Shown: positions 1 through 8,976 of the stretch, piece by piece | Numbering within the stretch: the stretch's first letter is position 1 | Layout: every line of letters begins with the position of its first letter | Notes under the pieces: generated by a model | The model's input: only the letters and a program-made list of their open reading frames with translations | Databases searched by the model: none | What the model was told of the DNA's origin: nothing | Program-made: the position numbers and the translations under genes | Source: Candidatus Kaiserbacteria bacterium RIFCSPHIGHO2_02_FULL_49_16 | GTDB taxonomy: Bacteria > Patescibacteriota > Minisyncoccia > Phycocordibacterales > UBA2100 | Reading direction: 5' to 3' | DNA length: 39,306 nt | NCBI GenBank assembly: GCA_001781465.1 | Contig: MFLD01000036.1 | Coordinates: 15,816-55,121 of the forward strand

Positions 1-1488
1 ATGGAAGAAACGAATCCGAAAGACACCACAGCAAACCCCGCCACAGGAACTAATACCGCGCCGGCCGCGTCTCAAGACGTGTCAGTTGATAATGCCGACG
101 TCAACAAGGCGGCTAGTACTATAGAAGAGCACGTGGTGCTTTCTGCCTCGATAGTTCCTGTCCCGCCCGCCCGCAAAATCCAGCCTATTTCTGTTATTCA
201 TTCTGCTCAGACTCCCATTAAAATTCCTGATCCGCATCAACCAATACAATCGACCCCAGCGCCGATACCTGCGATACAAAACGTTCATGATGAAGCGAAG
301 ATAACGCCACCAGTTAGCGATACACCCGCTCCAACCGCAACAACACCGCCAGCGCCAAAAACTCTTCGAGCGGATATAGCGAATATCATCGGCAAGATAA
401 AACTGCCAGAACGAATAACGGTCAAACTGAGTGCGGGGAAAGCAAAACCTCCGGCGCCGCCTTCGCCTCCACCAACAATTCCCCCTGTCCCAGAAAAAGA
501 AATAAAGAATATTGGAACGGTGTCCGCGGGTGACGCGCCCGCGCAAGCGGCGCTCCAGAGTGAAAACGTAAAAAGGGAAGAAAAGGAGCCCGCGTCTTCC
601 ATCGTTTCAGTGCACACGCTAAAAGACGATCTGCAAACCGTCGTGCGCGATAAGAAAATGTCGATTGTGCGGGCTGTCGCGCTTGAAACAGAAAAAAAGA
701 GGGGGCAGGAACACCTGGCAGATACTAATCCCGCGTCTGAGAGAGCGCGTTCTCGCAAAGCGATCGGAATCGCGTTTGTTGTTGTGATTCTGCTTACGCT
801 CTCTACCATCGCATTTGTCGGAGTGAGGTTCGTCTTAGAACAAAGCGCCGGAAACGCAGTGCCTGCCGCCGCTCCCGCTCTCATCTTCTCCGAAAAAACG
901 GTCGTATTACCGCGGGAAACAAAAACAGGGGCTGATTTAAAACAAACATTGCTTGCTGGAGAGCGCAACTTAGAAAACATACAGCTTGGAGCGATTATCC
1001 GCATAGTTCCCACGTTTTCGCAGACAGAACCGGATGGTACCGAGACTCAACGGGCCGATAGCATAGGAGATTTTCTTACTGCAATTGAGGCGCGGGCATC
1101 TGCGGAGTTGGCCCGTTCTTTCCGCGGCGATTTTTTCCTTGGACTTCATCAGACTGTTGATAAGCTTTCTCCGGTCATCATTATTCCAGTGACTTCTTAC
1201 GAGCGCGCGTTTGCCGGCATGCTTGCATGGGAACCGACAATGAATAGCGACCTCTCTCCGATATTTACTCCCATCTCGCCTCAAATCGTGAACGAACAAG
1301 GGGTATTGGTTGAAAGACACTTCCAGGATTCACTCATAAACAACTATGACGTGCGCGTGCTGAAAGATGACGCGGGCGCCACGAAGCTTCTGTACTCGTT
1401 TCCTACTCGCGCGATACTAATCATTTCGGAAAGCCAATATTCTTTCACAGAGGCATTAAGCCGCCTGCGCGCGAGCCGGCAACTTTAG
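1..1488 (+). CDS. Hypothetical membrane-anchored protein (Pro-rich N-terminus, one TM helix, C-terminal globular domain)
   Basis: 495-aa ORF with a Pro/Ala/Thr-rich first third and a hydrophobic stretch AIGIAFVVVILLTLSTIAFVGV. It starts at the window edge, so the true start cannot be verified. Confidence 0.75.
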   Translation: MEETNPKDTTANPATGTNTAPAASQDVSVDNADVNKAASTIEEHVVLSASIVPVPPARKIQPISVIHSAQTPIKIPDPHQPIQSTPAPIPAIQNVHDEAKITPPVSDTPAPTATTPPAPKTLRADIANIIGKIKLPERITVKLSAGKAKPPAPPSPPPTIPPVPEKEIKNIGTVSAGDAPAQAALQSENVKREEKEPASSIVSVHTLKDDLQTVVRDKKMSIVRAVALETEKKRGQEHLADTNPASERARSRKAIGIAFVVVILLTLSTIAFVGVRFVLEQSAGNAVPAAAPALIFSEKTVVLPRETKTGADLKQTLLAGERNLENIQLGAIIRIVPTFSQTEPDGTETQRADSIGDFLTAIEARASAELARSFRGDFFLGLHQTVDKLSPVIIIPVTSYERAFAGMLAWEPTMNSDLSPIFTPISPQIVNEQGVLVERHFQDSLINNYDVRVLKDDAGATKLLYSFPTRAILIISESQYSFTEALSRLRASRQL

Positions 1489-1538
1489 ACGCTGAAATTG
1501 CCTAGCCACTTTCTGCCCTTTCATGTATTATTGCAAGC

Positions 1539-1907
1539 ATGAAACACATAAAATCGGAGGAATTGGTTGAACTGCGCGCGCAATTGGATGCTGAATTAGA
1601 TGCTCTTCAGGAGGAACTTGCTTCACACGGCAAAGCGGCTCCGGAAAGCGGAGACTGGCAGGGAACGACTGGCGGTCTTGTCGGCGAAGAAGCTGATCCA
1701 AACGACGCGGCAGACCAGATGGAAGAACTGGCCACGAATGTGCCTCTCGTTGAAGAACTCGAGAAAAGATACAAGGATGTCGCATCGGCGCTCCAAAATA
1801 TGGAGAAGGGAACCTATGGAATTTGCGAGGACTGCGAGGATGCGATTCCAATGGACAGATTGCGGGCTAACCCTGCGGCGCGAACTTGCATAACGCATAG
1901 CAAATAA
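1539..1907 (+). CDS. DksA/TraR family C4 zinc-finger protein
   Basis: Coiled coil with DPNDAAD followed by GTYGICEDC...RLRANPAARTCITH. Confidence 0.9.
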   Translation: MKHIKSEELVELRAQLDAELDALQEELASHGKAAPESGDWQGTTGGLVGEEADPNDAADQMEELATNVPLVEELEKRYKDVASALQNMEKGTYGICEDCEDAIPMDRLRANPAARTCITHSK

Positions 1908-1946
1908 TGCATAGTAAGTGGTGCGTAGTTAGTAGTCAGTAGTGGA
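1891..1946 (+). repeat. Degenerate heptamer tandem array across the stop codon
   Basis: TAACGCA TAGCAAA TAATGCA TAGTAAG TGGTGCG TAGTTAG TAGTCAG TAGTGGA. Confidence 0.6.
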
Positions 1947-1984
1947 GGAGTAGCATCCAAGCCTGTAATGGGTATTAAAGTAAG

Positions 1985-2012
1985 TCGGCTCAGAAGAAAT
2001 CTTCTGAGCCGA
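1985..2012. terminator. Hairpin, probable terminator
   Basis: TCGGCTCAGAAG-AAAT-CTTCTGAGCCGA downstream of the DksA-like gene; no strong U-tract. Confidence 0.5.
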
Positions 2013-2092
2013 AATACATTTAAAAATTAAATATTTCAATATCTAATTCTTAAATGTACTCAAGGAGCAATGCGAATCGCAAGATTCGCGTT

Positions 2093-2122
2093 AGGATAGC
2101 TCTCGCTATCCTTTCTTTTTTT
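2093..2122 (+). terminator. Intrinsic terminator-like hairpin
   Basis: AGGATAGC-TCTC-GCTATCCT followed by a T-rich run. Confidence 0.55.
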
Positions 2123-2260
2123 CAGATCGAATTTCGATCTGCTGTATACATTATCCGACGATTCCTTGAAATTAGTCTGATATTATGTATTATTAGTATG
2201 ACAAATCGAATAAATGGCTCTATACAGGGTTATTAAAGGATTAGATAATTGTCGGAAAAT

Positions 2261-3013
2261 ATGTACAAAAAGGAACTTATGGGCGCGGGGCTTACGCACA
2301 AGCAAGCGCAGGTGTATGTCGCTTGCTTGGAAGCTGGCCCATCCAAGATTCCGCAAATCGCCAGCTTGTCTCAAATAAAAAGAACTACGGTCTACGGGAT
2401 AGTGGAAGAATTGGAGGCATTAGACCTCGTCAAAAGCAGTTACAATGGAAAACAGAAGCTCTATGAGGCGCAAGACCCGGCACTTATCCTCTCGATGCTG
2501 GAGGAGAGGAAGAGGCGAATGACTGAAATCCTGCCTGGGCTCACTAATTTGTTCATCACGCATCGCGTGCGCCCGAAAATCTCTTTTTTCGAAGGGCGGG
2601 AAGGAGTAAGAAAAATTTATGACGATGTTCTCGAATGTAAATCAAAAGAGGTCAAACAGGTCGTACGCGTACGGCAGCATAACGAGGCTGTGGGCGATGC
2701 ATTTATTAAGGAGTTTATTAGAAAGAGAGTCGCGCGCGGTATTGTCACGCACAATCTTCATCCAAAGCATGGGGACCTTTATACAAATGAGCGGGGAATG
2801 GAGGACCTGAAGCGCAAGCGATTCGTGCGCTATCTTCCCCCGTCCGTTTTTTATGCGGCCATAATCATGATTTACGACCACAAAGTGGCAATGGTCTCGA
2901 CTAAGGAAGAAAATTTCGGTTTCATAATTGAAAGCAAGGAATTCTCGAACACGATAAGCGCATACTTCGATTTCATGTGGGGACTTGGGTCAAAAGAACC
3001 GGACCTTTCGTGA
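2261..3013 (+). CDS. TrmB family transcriptional regulator
   Basis: N-terminal wHTH (GLTHKQAQVY...RTTVYGIVEEL), PKISFFEGREG, C-terminal IYDHKVAMVS...FDFMW. ATG 2261 is preferred over TTG 2249. Confidence 0.85.
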   Translation: MYKKELMGAGLTHKQAQVYVACLEAGPSKIPQIASLSQIKRTTVYGIVEELEALDLVKSSYNGKQKLYEAQDPALILSMLEERKRRMTEILPGLTNLFITHRVRPKISFFEGREGVRKIYDDVLECKSKEVKQVVRVRQHNEAVGDAFIKEFIRKRVARGIVTHNLHPKHGDLYTNERGMEDLKRKRFVRYLPPSVFYAAIIMIYDHKVAMVSTKEENFGFIIESKEFSNTISAYFDFMWGLGSKEPDLS

Positions 3014-3038
3014 TTTTAATCCATAGTACAATATCTCC

Positions 3039-4592
3039 GTGGCAGAAAAACAGAAAATTGCTTCCGGTTTCGCACGACTTTTTGGGGCACAGCCCGCGCT
3101 TCCGCGCGCACATGTTGTTTCCGTTGAAACTGACATCACAAAAGGACTTCACGCGTTCACGATAGTCGGGCTTCCAGATAAATCAGTGGAGGAGGCGAAA
3201 GACAGAATCGCATCGGCGATAAAAAACAGCGGGTTTGAGTCGCCGAAGAGAAGCAACAAGAAAATCGTCATTTCGCTAGCCCCTGCCACTTTGAAAAAAG
3301 AGGGTGGGGCTTTTGATTTGCCAATGGCGCTCTCGTTTATGCTTGCATCGGAACAAGTGAAATTTAATCCCGCCGGCAAATTATTTGCCGGAGAACTGGC
3401 GCTAGACGGAGAAGTGCGCGGAATATTGGGCGCGCTTTCAATTGCAATATCTGTTCGCGATAAAGGTTTGAAAGAACTTTTCCTGCCAGAAGAAAATCTG
3501 GAGGAAGCATCTTTGGTTTCCGGCATAACACTCTTCGGCGTAAGCAGTCTCAAAGAGTTGATGGAGCATTTAAATGGCAAAAAGGCCATTGCGCCTTACA
3601 TAAAAAAAGAGCGCTCTCGAGTAGGTGAACAAGAGATTGAAGGGCCGATATTTGACGACATACGAGAACAGAACAGTGCAAAACGAGGCTTGGAAATCGC
3701 GGTTGCTGGACGCCATAACATCGCGCTCTATGGCCCGCCGGGAACAGGCAAAACAATGCTCGCGCGAGCGGCAACCGCGCTTTTGCCGGAATTATCTTTG
3801 GAAGAAGTAATCGAGGTGACGATGATTCACTCACTCGCAGGAACATCGGAAGGCCGCGCGATTGTCCGCGCGCCGTTTCGAAGCCCTCACCACACTTCTT
3901 CGTATGCATCTTTAATCGGTGGCGGTTCATCAAGCCCTCGTCCCGGAGAAGTTACTCTCGCGCACAGGGGCGTATTGTTTTTGGACGAATTTCCTGAATT
4001 TCACCGCGATGTCGTGCAGGCATTGCGAGAACCACTGGAAGACAAGGTGGTTTCAATCTCGCGCGCAAAGGGCTCGGCGATATTTCCGGCGAACTTCATG
4101 CTGATTGCGGCGCTGAACCCTTGCCCCTGCGGATTTTGGGGGACCGCGCGATGCGAATGTATGCCTCACATCGTAGAAAAATATCGCCGTAAAATTTCCG
4201 GCCCCGTTGCCGACAGAATAGACATGTGGGTTTCTGTTGGGGATATCGCGCCCGAAGCTATGGCAATGCGCAAAAGAAAACCGACCGGCGAAACGGAGGC
4301 CGTGCGAGAAAGAATATTGAAAGCCCGCGCAAAACAAAATGAACGATTCGCAGATACGAAAGGCGTCTCTACAAATGCCGATATGAAAGCAAGACAACTA
4401 GATACGCTCGCAAAACTGACACAGAAAGCGGAAGAAACTTTAATCGGCGCGGCTCGCTCTCTAAAACTCTCGCCACGCGGATACCACCGCACCATCAAAC
4501 TCGCCCGCACCGTCGCCGACCTCTCCGGAAGCGACACAATCGAACCAGCGCATATGTTGGAGGCCCTGCAGTACAGAGCGCGTGAATTATGA
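3039..4592 (+). CDS. comM: ComM/YifB Mg-chelatase-like AAA+ ATPase
   Basis: IVGLPD, GELALDG, GPPGTGKTMLA, FRSPHH, PGEVTLAHRGVLFLDEFPEF, NPCPCG, ARTVADL. Confidence 0.95.
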   Translation: MAEKQKIASGFARLFGAQPALPRAHVVSVETDITKGLHAFTIVGLPDKSVEEAKDRIASAIKNSGFESPKRSNKKIVISLAPATLKKEGGAFDLPMALSFMLASEQVKFNPAGKLFAGELALDGEVRGILGALSIAISVRDKGLKELFLPEENLEEASLVSGITLFGVSSLKELMEHLNGKKAIAPYIKKERSRVGEQEIEGPIFDDIREQNSAKRGLEIAVAGRHNIALYGPPGTGKTMLARAATALLPELSLEEVIEVTMIHSLAGTSEGRAIVRAPFRSPHHTSSYASLIGGGSSSPRPGEVTLAHRGVLFLDEFPEFHRDVVQALREPLEDKVVSISRAKGSAIFPANFMLIAALNPCPCGFWGTARCECMPHIVEKYRRKISGPVADRIDMWVSVGDIAPEAMAMRKRKPTGETEAVRERILKARAKQNERFADTKGVSTNADMKARQLDTLAKLTQKAEETLIGAARSLKLSPRGYHRTIKLARTVADLSGSDTIEPAHMLEALQYRAREL

Positions 4593-4906
4593 TCAAACCA
4601 AGAAATAAAGTTAAGGACATTCTTAAACGCGTATGCACGGCGTGTGGCGTGAAAATGCAGATTTTGACTTTCGATAATCGCACCTATACAGGTGGTCACT
4701 TTTTCGGAAAAGTTCCGCTCTTCAGAAAAAAAGAGTGGGATAAATCGTTGAAAGCTGGAGTACGCAAACAACGCATGGGAAGTATACTGATTAATGTTTT
4801 GAAGAAAGACCCCAAGCCGTACAAGTTCGCAGAAAACTGGGAGTGTGAAAAATGCTATCAGCGCGGGTGGATAGTAGAGAAAAGGTACGCGAATCGTAGG
4901 ACTTAA
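4589..4906 (+). CDS. Small basic hypothetical protein with two CxxC pairs (possible zinc ribbon)
   Basis: CTAC ... WECEKC; ATGA overlap with the comM stop. Confidence 0.65.
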   Translation: MIKPRNKVKDILKRVCTACGVKMQILTFDNRTYTGGHFFGKVPLFRKKEWDKSLKAGVRKQRMGSILINVLKKDPKPYKFAENWECEKCYQRGWIVEKRYANRRT

Positions 4907-4920
4907 AGCATTTTCTCAAG

Positions 4921-4966
4921 TTATAAACCATTCTAGTATTTTGCAAAATACTAGAATGGTTTATAA
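4921..4966. promoter_or_regulatory. Perfect 46-bp palindrome overlapping the ArsR promoter
   Basis: TTATAAACCATTCTAGTATTTTG|CAAAATACTAGAATGGTTTATAA; the TATAAT box lies at 4962-4967. Confidence 0.8.
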
Positions 4967-4973
4967 TCATCCT

Positions 4974-5270
4974 ATGACAGATAATCCTAACCATATACAT
5001 ACGGGCAACTTCCGAAGACTTGAGCGCGTGGTGAAAGGTTTCGCAAATCATCGACGATTGGAAATACTCCACTTGTTACATAAGGAACCAGAACTTTCCG
5101 TTGAGGATATTTCAGAGCGGCTGAACATCGGGTATGAAAACGCATCCGATCATCTGCGAAAGATGGCAATCGCGGGCCTCATTCTGAAACGCAATGAGGG
5201 TAATAATGTGAGACACAAACTCACGCCTCGCGCGGAATCTATTCTAGTGTTTTGCAAAATACTAGAATAG
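4974..5270 (+). CDS. ArsR/SmtB family winged-helix regulator
   Basis: KGFANHRRLEIL...LSVEDIS...ASDHLRKM...GLI. ATG 4974 lies 6 nt after TATAAT. Confidence 0.85.
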   Translation: MTDNPNHIHTGNFRRLERVVKGFANHRRLEILHLLHKEPELSVEDISERLNIGYENASDHLRKMAIAGLILKRNEGNNVRHKLTPRAESILVFCKILE

Positions 5271-5272
5271 AT
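5237..5272. repeat. Second copy of the ArsR-promoter palindrome (36 bp, 1 mismatch), overlapping the 3' end of the gene
   Basis: ATCTATTCTAGTGTTTTG|CAAAATACTAGAATAGAT. Confidence 0.85.
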
Positions 5273-5437
5273 AGGACGGGAAATTGAATGGGGAGCGGAG
5301 CGAGGGGTGTAGAGATAATTATCGTTCTCGCGTTAGTCACCAAGCGTGAAAACAAAACCAGTTTCACCCCGCTAATTCCATCAAAAAGTCCCCGAGCACA
5401 AACCCCCGCCTTTCGGCGGGGTGATATTGTATATGTC

Positions 5438-5971
5438 ATGAAACTTGTTTTGCCATCGGTGGAATATAAAGACTCATTCATCGAGGCAGTGAAAGAATTT
5501 CAAGAGGATACTGATTATTCGGACCGAAACAAGCGGTATCGCAGACTTTCGATTTCGGAACTCGAGGGAGATTTTGATTCATTCGTTCAGAAAGAACTGA
5601 GCCATGCGCGCGGTGAAAATATTCGGGAAAGACATGTTCCTTATACGACTTGTTGGCTTGTCGATAATGGTGAATTTGTCGGGCAGGCAAATATTCGTCA
5701 TCGTCTTACCGATAGCCTGCGTCAAATTGGCGGACACATCGGCTATGACATCCGTCCGAGCAAGCGCGGACAAGGGTACGGCAATAAAATCCTCGAGCTC
5801 GCACTCCAGAAAGCGAAGGGGCTCGGGATAAAATGTGCATTGATTACATCCGACATAAGAAACGAGGCCTCTCGCAAGATTATTGAGAAGAACGGCGGCA
5901 TTTTGGAAAATCAAATTCCAAATCCCGAAACGGGGTTCGACACTCTCCGCTATTGGATCGACCTCGAATAA
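5438..5971 (+). CDS. GNAT family N-acetyltransferase
   Basis: GGHIGYDIRPSKRGQGYG and NEASRKIIEKNGG. Start MKLVLPS at 5438 is preferred over 5288. Confidence 0.9.
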   Translation: MKLVLPSVEYKDSFIEAVKEFQEDTDYSDRNKRYRRLSISELEGDFDSFVQKELSHARGENIRERHVPYTTCWLVDNGEFVGQANIRHRLTDSLRQIGGHIGYDIRPSKRGQGYGNKILELALQKAKGLGIKCALITSDIRNEASRKIIEKNGGILENQIPNPETGFDTLRYWIDLE

Positions 5972-5991
5972 TCTTTTCCAACTCCAGCGAA

Positions 5992-6049
5992 AAGACCTGC
6001 TGTTTTTTAACGGTTTGAGTGATTCCTCCGTTAAAAAATAGCAGGTCTT
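5992..6049. terminator. Long hairpin between convergent genes (probable bidirectional terminator)
   Basis: AAGACCTGCTGTTTTTTAACGG ... CCGTTAAAAAATAGCAGGTCTT, a 22-bp stem with one G-T pair. Confidence 0.7.
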
Positions 6050-6059
6050 GGAGCGTCCT

Positions 6060-7091
6060 CTATATCCTCTCCTTGCTCTCCGAAAAATAAACCCTGTTTT
6101 TTGAAATGCCGAGTGTTTTCAATCGCTTCACGACAAAATCATTCATCGCTTTTTCAGTTTTGAATTTCAGAACTTTGTTCTTGTCTATCACAGCCCACTG
6201 TTTGACGGCCCGCAGGACATCCACTTTGTTGAAGACGATGTGCGTGACGCCGTTCATTCGAATCGCGCGCTCGAGCGTCTGCATATTCATCCAGTTGCAC
6301 TGACGGCGACGGCCTGTCGTTGAGCCGAATTCCTCGCCGATATCGCCGATTTTGTCGAAGACCTCTCCCTTGGGCTGGAATTTTTTGCTTCCAACATAGG
6401 TCTCATAGATTTTTGCAACACCCCAGACATCGCGGATTGCCGTCGCGGGCAGACCGTTGAGTAACGCCCCCGCCGTCGTGCAGTGAGAAGAAGTTACGAA
6501 CGGGTAATCGCCCCAATCAATATCTAACCCGAATCCCTGCGCGCCCTCGGCGAGGATTTTTACATCTTTTTCCCTCGCACCCCTCGACCCTGCTCGGGGT
6601 AAATACCACTCTTTATATAAATCAACGAGATAGGGTTTTAGAGAGGACACCTTCTCCGCGCGCACGCCGGTGCGTCCGTACTTATCGCGATATGCCGGTC
6701 CGTTTCCGCGGCCGGTCGTGCCGATTTTACCTCCGCCTTTTTTATCTTCTGCTTTATGCGCGTTCGTAATCACATGCGCGTTCCGCGCGATGAATATTTT
6801 GCCCGCGGTTTTGACTCCGCCGTCTTCCAGCATTTTAATTTCGCGAAAAAATTGTGCCGGGTCTACCACGCAACCGGAGCCGATGACGCTCCGCACTCCG
6901 AAAAAAACTCCCGCCGGAATGTGGTGGGTGATAAATTTCTTTCCCTTATGAAAAATCGTGTGCCCCGCGTTGCACCCGCCGTTGTAGCGGAGCACATGAG
7001 TATATTTTTTATTCTTGCACAAAAAGTGGGCGACCTTGCCCTTCCCGCAATCCCCGTATTGGAGATCGACTATGACATCGGTTGTAACCAC
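6060..7091 (-). CDS. purA: Adenylosuccinate synthetase, short form
   Basis: QYGDCGKGK, GGCNAGHT, IGTTGRGNGP, EGAQGFGLDIDWGDYPFVTSS, EFGSTTGRRR. Confidence 0.93.
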   Translation of the reverse strand: MVTTDVIVDLQYGDCGKGKVAHFLCKNKKYTHVLRYNGGCNAGHTIFHKGKKFITHHIPAGVFFGVRSVIGSGCVVDPAQFFREIKMLEDGGVKTAGKIFIARNAHVITNAHKAEDKKGGGKIGTTGRGNGPAYRDKYGRTGVRAEKVSSLKPYLVDLYKEWYLPRAGSRGAREKDVKILAEGAQGFGLDIDWGDYPFVTSSHCTTAGALLNGLPATAIRDVWGVAKIYETYVGSKKFQPKGEVFDKIGDIGEEFGSTTGRRRQCNWMNMQTLERAIRMNGVTHIVFNKVDVLRAVKQWAVIDKNKVLKFKTEKAMNDFVVKRLKTLGISKNRVYFSESKERI

Positions 7092-7144
7092 AGCTGACTC
7101 ATAGTAACACTAATATAAATATTCTCAAAATAAGATGGAATTGG

Positions 7145-7195
7145 AAAGCCCTGTCCAGAAAGCCGCATAGGTGTTTGGCTCGGACAGGGCTTTTT
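7145..7195. terminator. Hairpin, probable terminator
   Basis: AAAGCCCTGTCC ... GGACAGGGCTTTTT. Confidence 0.55.
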
Positions 7196-7257
7196 CCCGC
7201 ATCTTTGGCGGTGCCTCCTTTCAAAAAAGAATGAACTTGGCTGACTTGCTCGCGGCG

Positions 7258-7476
7258 CTATCCCTTGCCACCAGGACCGACTTTAAAGCCAGGCGTTCCT
7301 GCTTTTGCCCCGCGACCCATGTCGTTTGGGGACATGTGACCGACACGAACCTGGCCTGCAACATATCGCCCTTCCCTCAAGTCTTTTTGCACCAGGGAAA
7401 GGCCCGCAAAGCCCGTGCCGGTGTAACTTGAAGGCGGTGGCGATGCGATGTCTCGTTGTTGCCATTTGTTGCTCAT
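7258..7476 (-). CDS. Candidate small Gly-rich protein (72 aa)
   Basis: GGAGG lies 4 nt before the ATG and a hairpin follows downstream; no recognisable family. Confidence 0.45.
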   Translation of the reverse strand: MSNKWQQRDIASPPPSSYTGTGFAGLSLVQKDLREGRYVAGQVRVGHMSPNDMGRGAKAGTPGFKVGPGGKG

Positions 7477-7644
7477 GATGCCTCCACTCAGGTTGTCCCG
7501 CTCATGACGACTTAGTCACCAAAAAGGGCGGGCTGTCGCTAGACTAACCAAAAACTGTCCTTTTGTACAGCGATAAACCTTGGGACATGTAAATAATCGG
7601 CGTTAATCCGCGTGTTTTTCTATCTGCGTAAATCTGCGCTTGAA

Positions 7645-8655
7645 TTAAAACGGATTCCGAATACCATTCCTAATCTCAAAATGCAAATGCGCCCCGGTTG
7701 CTTTGCCGGTCGCGCCGACATAGCCGATGACCTGTCCTCGCACTACGCGCTCGCCGGCATAAACGATGATATCGGAAGCGTGACTATAGAGAGTTTGCGA
7801 GCCGTTGTCGTGCTGGATGACCGTATAGTTTCCGTATCCGCCGTTCCATCCGCCCTCTCTTGCGACAATTACATCGCCGGTTGCCGAAGCGAGAATCGGG
7901 GTGCCCCTCGGCGCGGCGATGTCAACTCCATTGTAGCCGTGAATGCCCTGGCTCTTACGGCCGCCCAAAATAGGACGCAGGTAAAAGCCGTTCTGTTCCT
8001 CGGTTCCTCTCGGCCCGACATTGTATGCGGGCGCCGTCACGCCTGGCTTGCCGGAGCTCGAAGCGGCGGCCGCTATCTCCCCATCGGGGATTATGATTTC
8101 CGCCCCGACCGCAAGGGGTCCCTCGATGCCGTTGTAATTTGCGATTTCCTCCGCATTCCCTCCGTACTTCTTCGCGACGGAAGCAAGCGTGTCGCCTTTC
8201 TTAATCGTGTACTTGATTCCTGTCACTGGCAGAATCGTAAGAATCTGACCCACCTTAAGCGACGACGCCCGCGAAATGTCGTTCGCCCAAAGAATCGTGT
8301 TCGGAGAGACATCAAAAAGCTTGGCAATGCCACTTAAGGTATCACCATTGCGCACCACATAGACGCTTACCGTGCCATTTTTGGGCTTTTCGATGTCGGC
8401 AATGGTTCCCGATGGGCCTTCTTCAGGCATCAAAGCGGAGCCATCTACTATCGTGATATCGCCTCCGCCTCGCCCTGAAGCGGGGTCTATGTTCATCGCG
8501 GGCTTCAAAAGCGCCATATTCTGGACGTTCCCAGTTACTGGCGCTATCTCGTCTTTGGAAATCATTTTGCTAAATGAAGCAAAAAAATCGCTGAAAACGC
8601 CGGCCTTTGCGGTATTTGGGAGAAGAGTACCAACCATAAGAATTAGCGAAATCAA
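7645..8655 (-). CDS. LysM-domain M23 family peptidoglycan endopeptidase
   Basis: Two LysM repeats (YVVRNGDTLSGIA, YTIKKGDTLASVA) and M23 motifs HGYNGVD, YSH, HLHFE. The start codon is uncertain. Confidence 0.92.
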   Translation of the reverse strand: MISLILMVGTLLPNTAKAGVFSDFFASFSKMISKDEIAPVTGNVQNMALLKPAMNIDPASGRGGGDITIVDGSALMPEEGPSGTIADIEKPKNGTVSVYVVRNGDTLSGIAKLFDVSPNTILWANDISRASSLKVGQILTILPVTGIKYTIKKGDTLASVAKKYGGNAEEIANYNGIEGPLAVGAEIIIPDGEIAAAASSSGKPGVTAPAYNVGPRGTEEQNGFYLRPILGGRKSQGIHGYNGVDIAAPRGTPILASATGDVIVAREGGWNGGYGNYTVIQHDNGSQTLYSHASDIIVYAGERVVRGQVIGYVGATGKATGAHLHFEIRNGIRNPF

Positions 8656-8976
8656 AGAAACTGCCGCGGGAACGGTCCGTGTCGTCCGGTATGTCCTCCT
8701 ATGCGCGGACCGTCGTTCCGAGCCAGAGTCCTTTATTGGGGTTGTTATATGCGTTTTTGGCAGGCGGCACGAACAGGGGGTTCAGTCGAAATATGGCTTT
8801 ATATCTTGCTTTTCTAGAAGATAGACCACAAAGGAAAAACGGTAATGCCACCGTGCCCCACAACTGTACCTGTATCCCCCTCGGAGTCAACAGTGTTTGT
8901 ATTTGGCGAGGGGATAACGATTCTGTCAAATTTCAGAGTCGGGCGTGTTATAGTTCGTCGGTTATAGAAAATTTAT

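Noticed and set aside
4791-5481. Minus-strand ORFs sharing peptides with the ArsR ORF (QNTRMVYN, SILVFCK)
   Set aside because: The shared peptides are a direct consequence of the DNA palindromes, not paralogous genes.
6060-7091. PurZ (2-aminoadenine DNA pathway)
   Set aside because: The catalytic Asp of PurA is retained (GDCGKGK, whereas PurZ has Ser there), and there is no phage context or partner gene.
7612-8337. 241-aa plus-strand ORF, and similar long antisense ORFs such as 285-1013, 4166-4771 and 25394-26323
   Set aside because: Each is a shadow of a well-supported opposite-strand gene and has no recognisable motifs.
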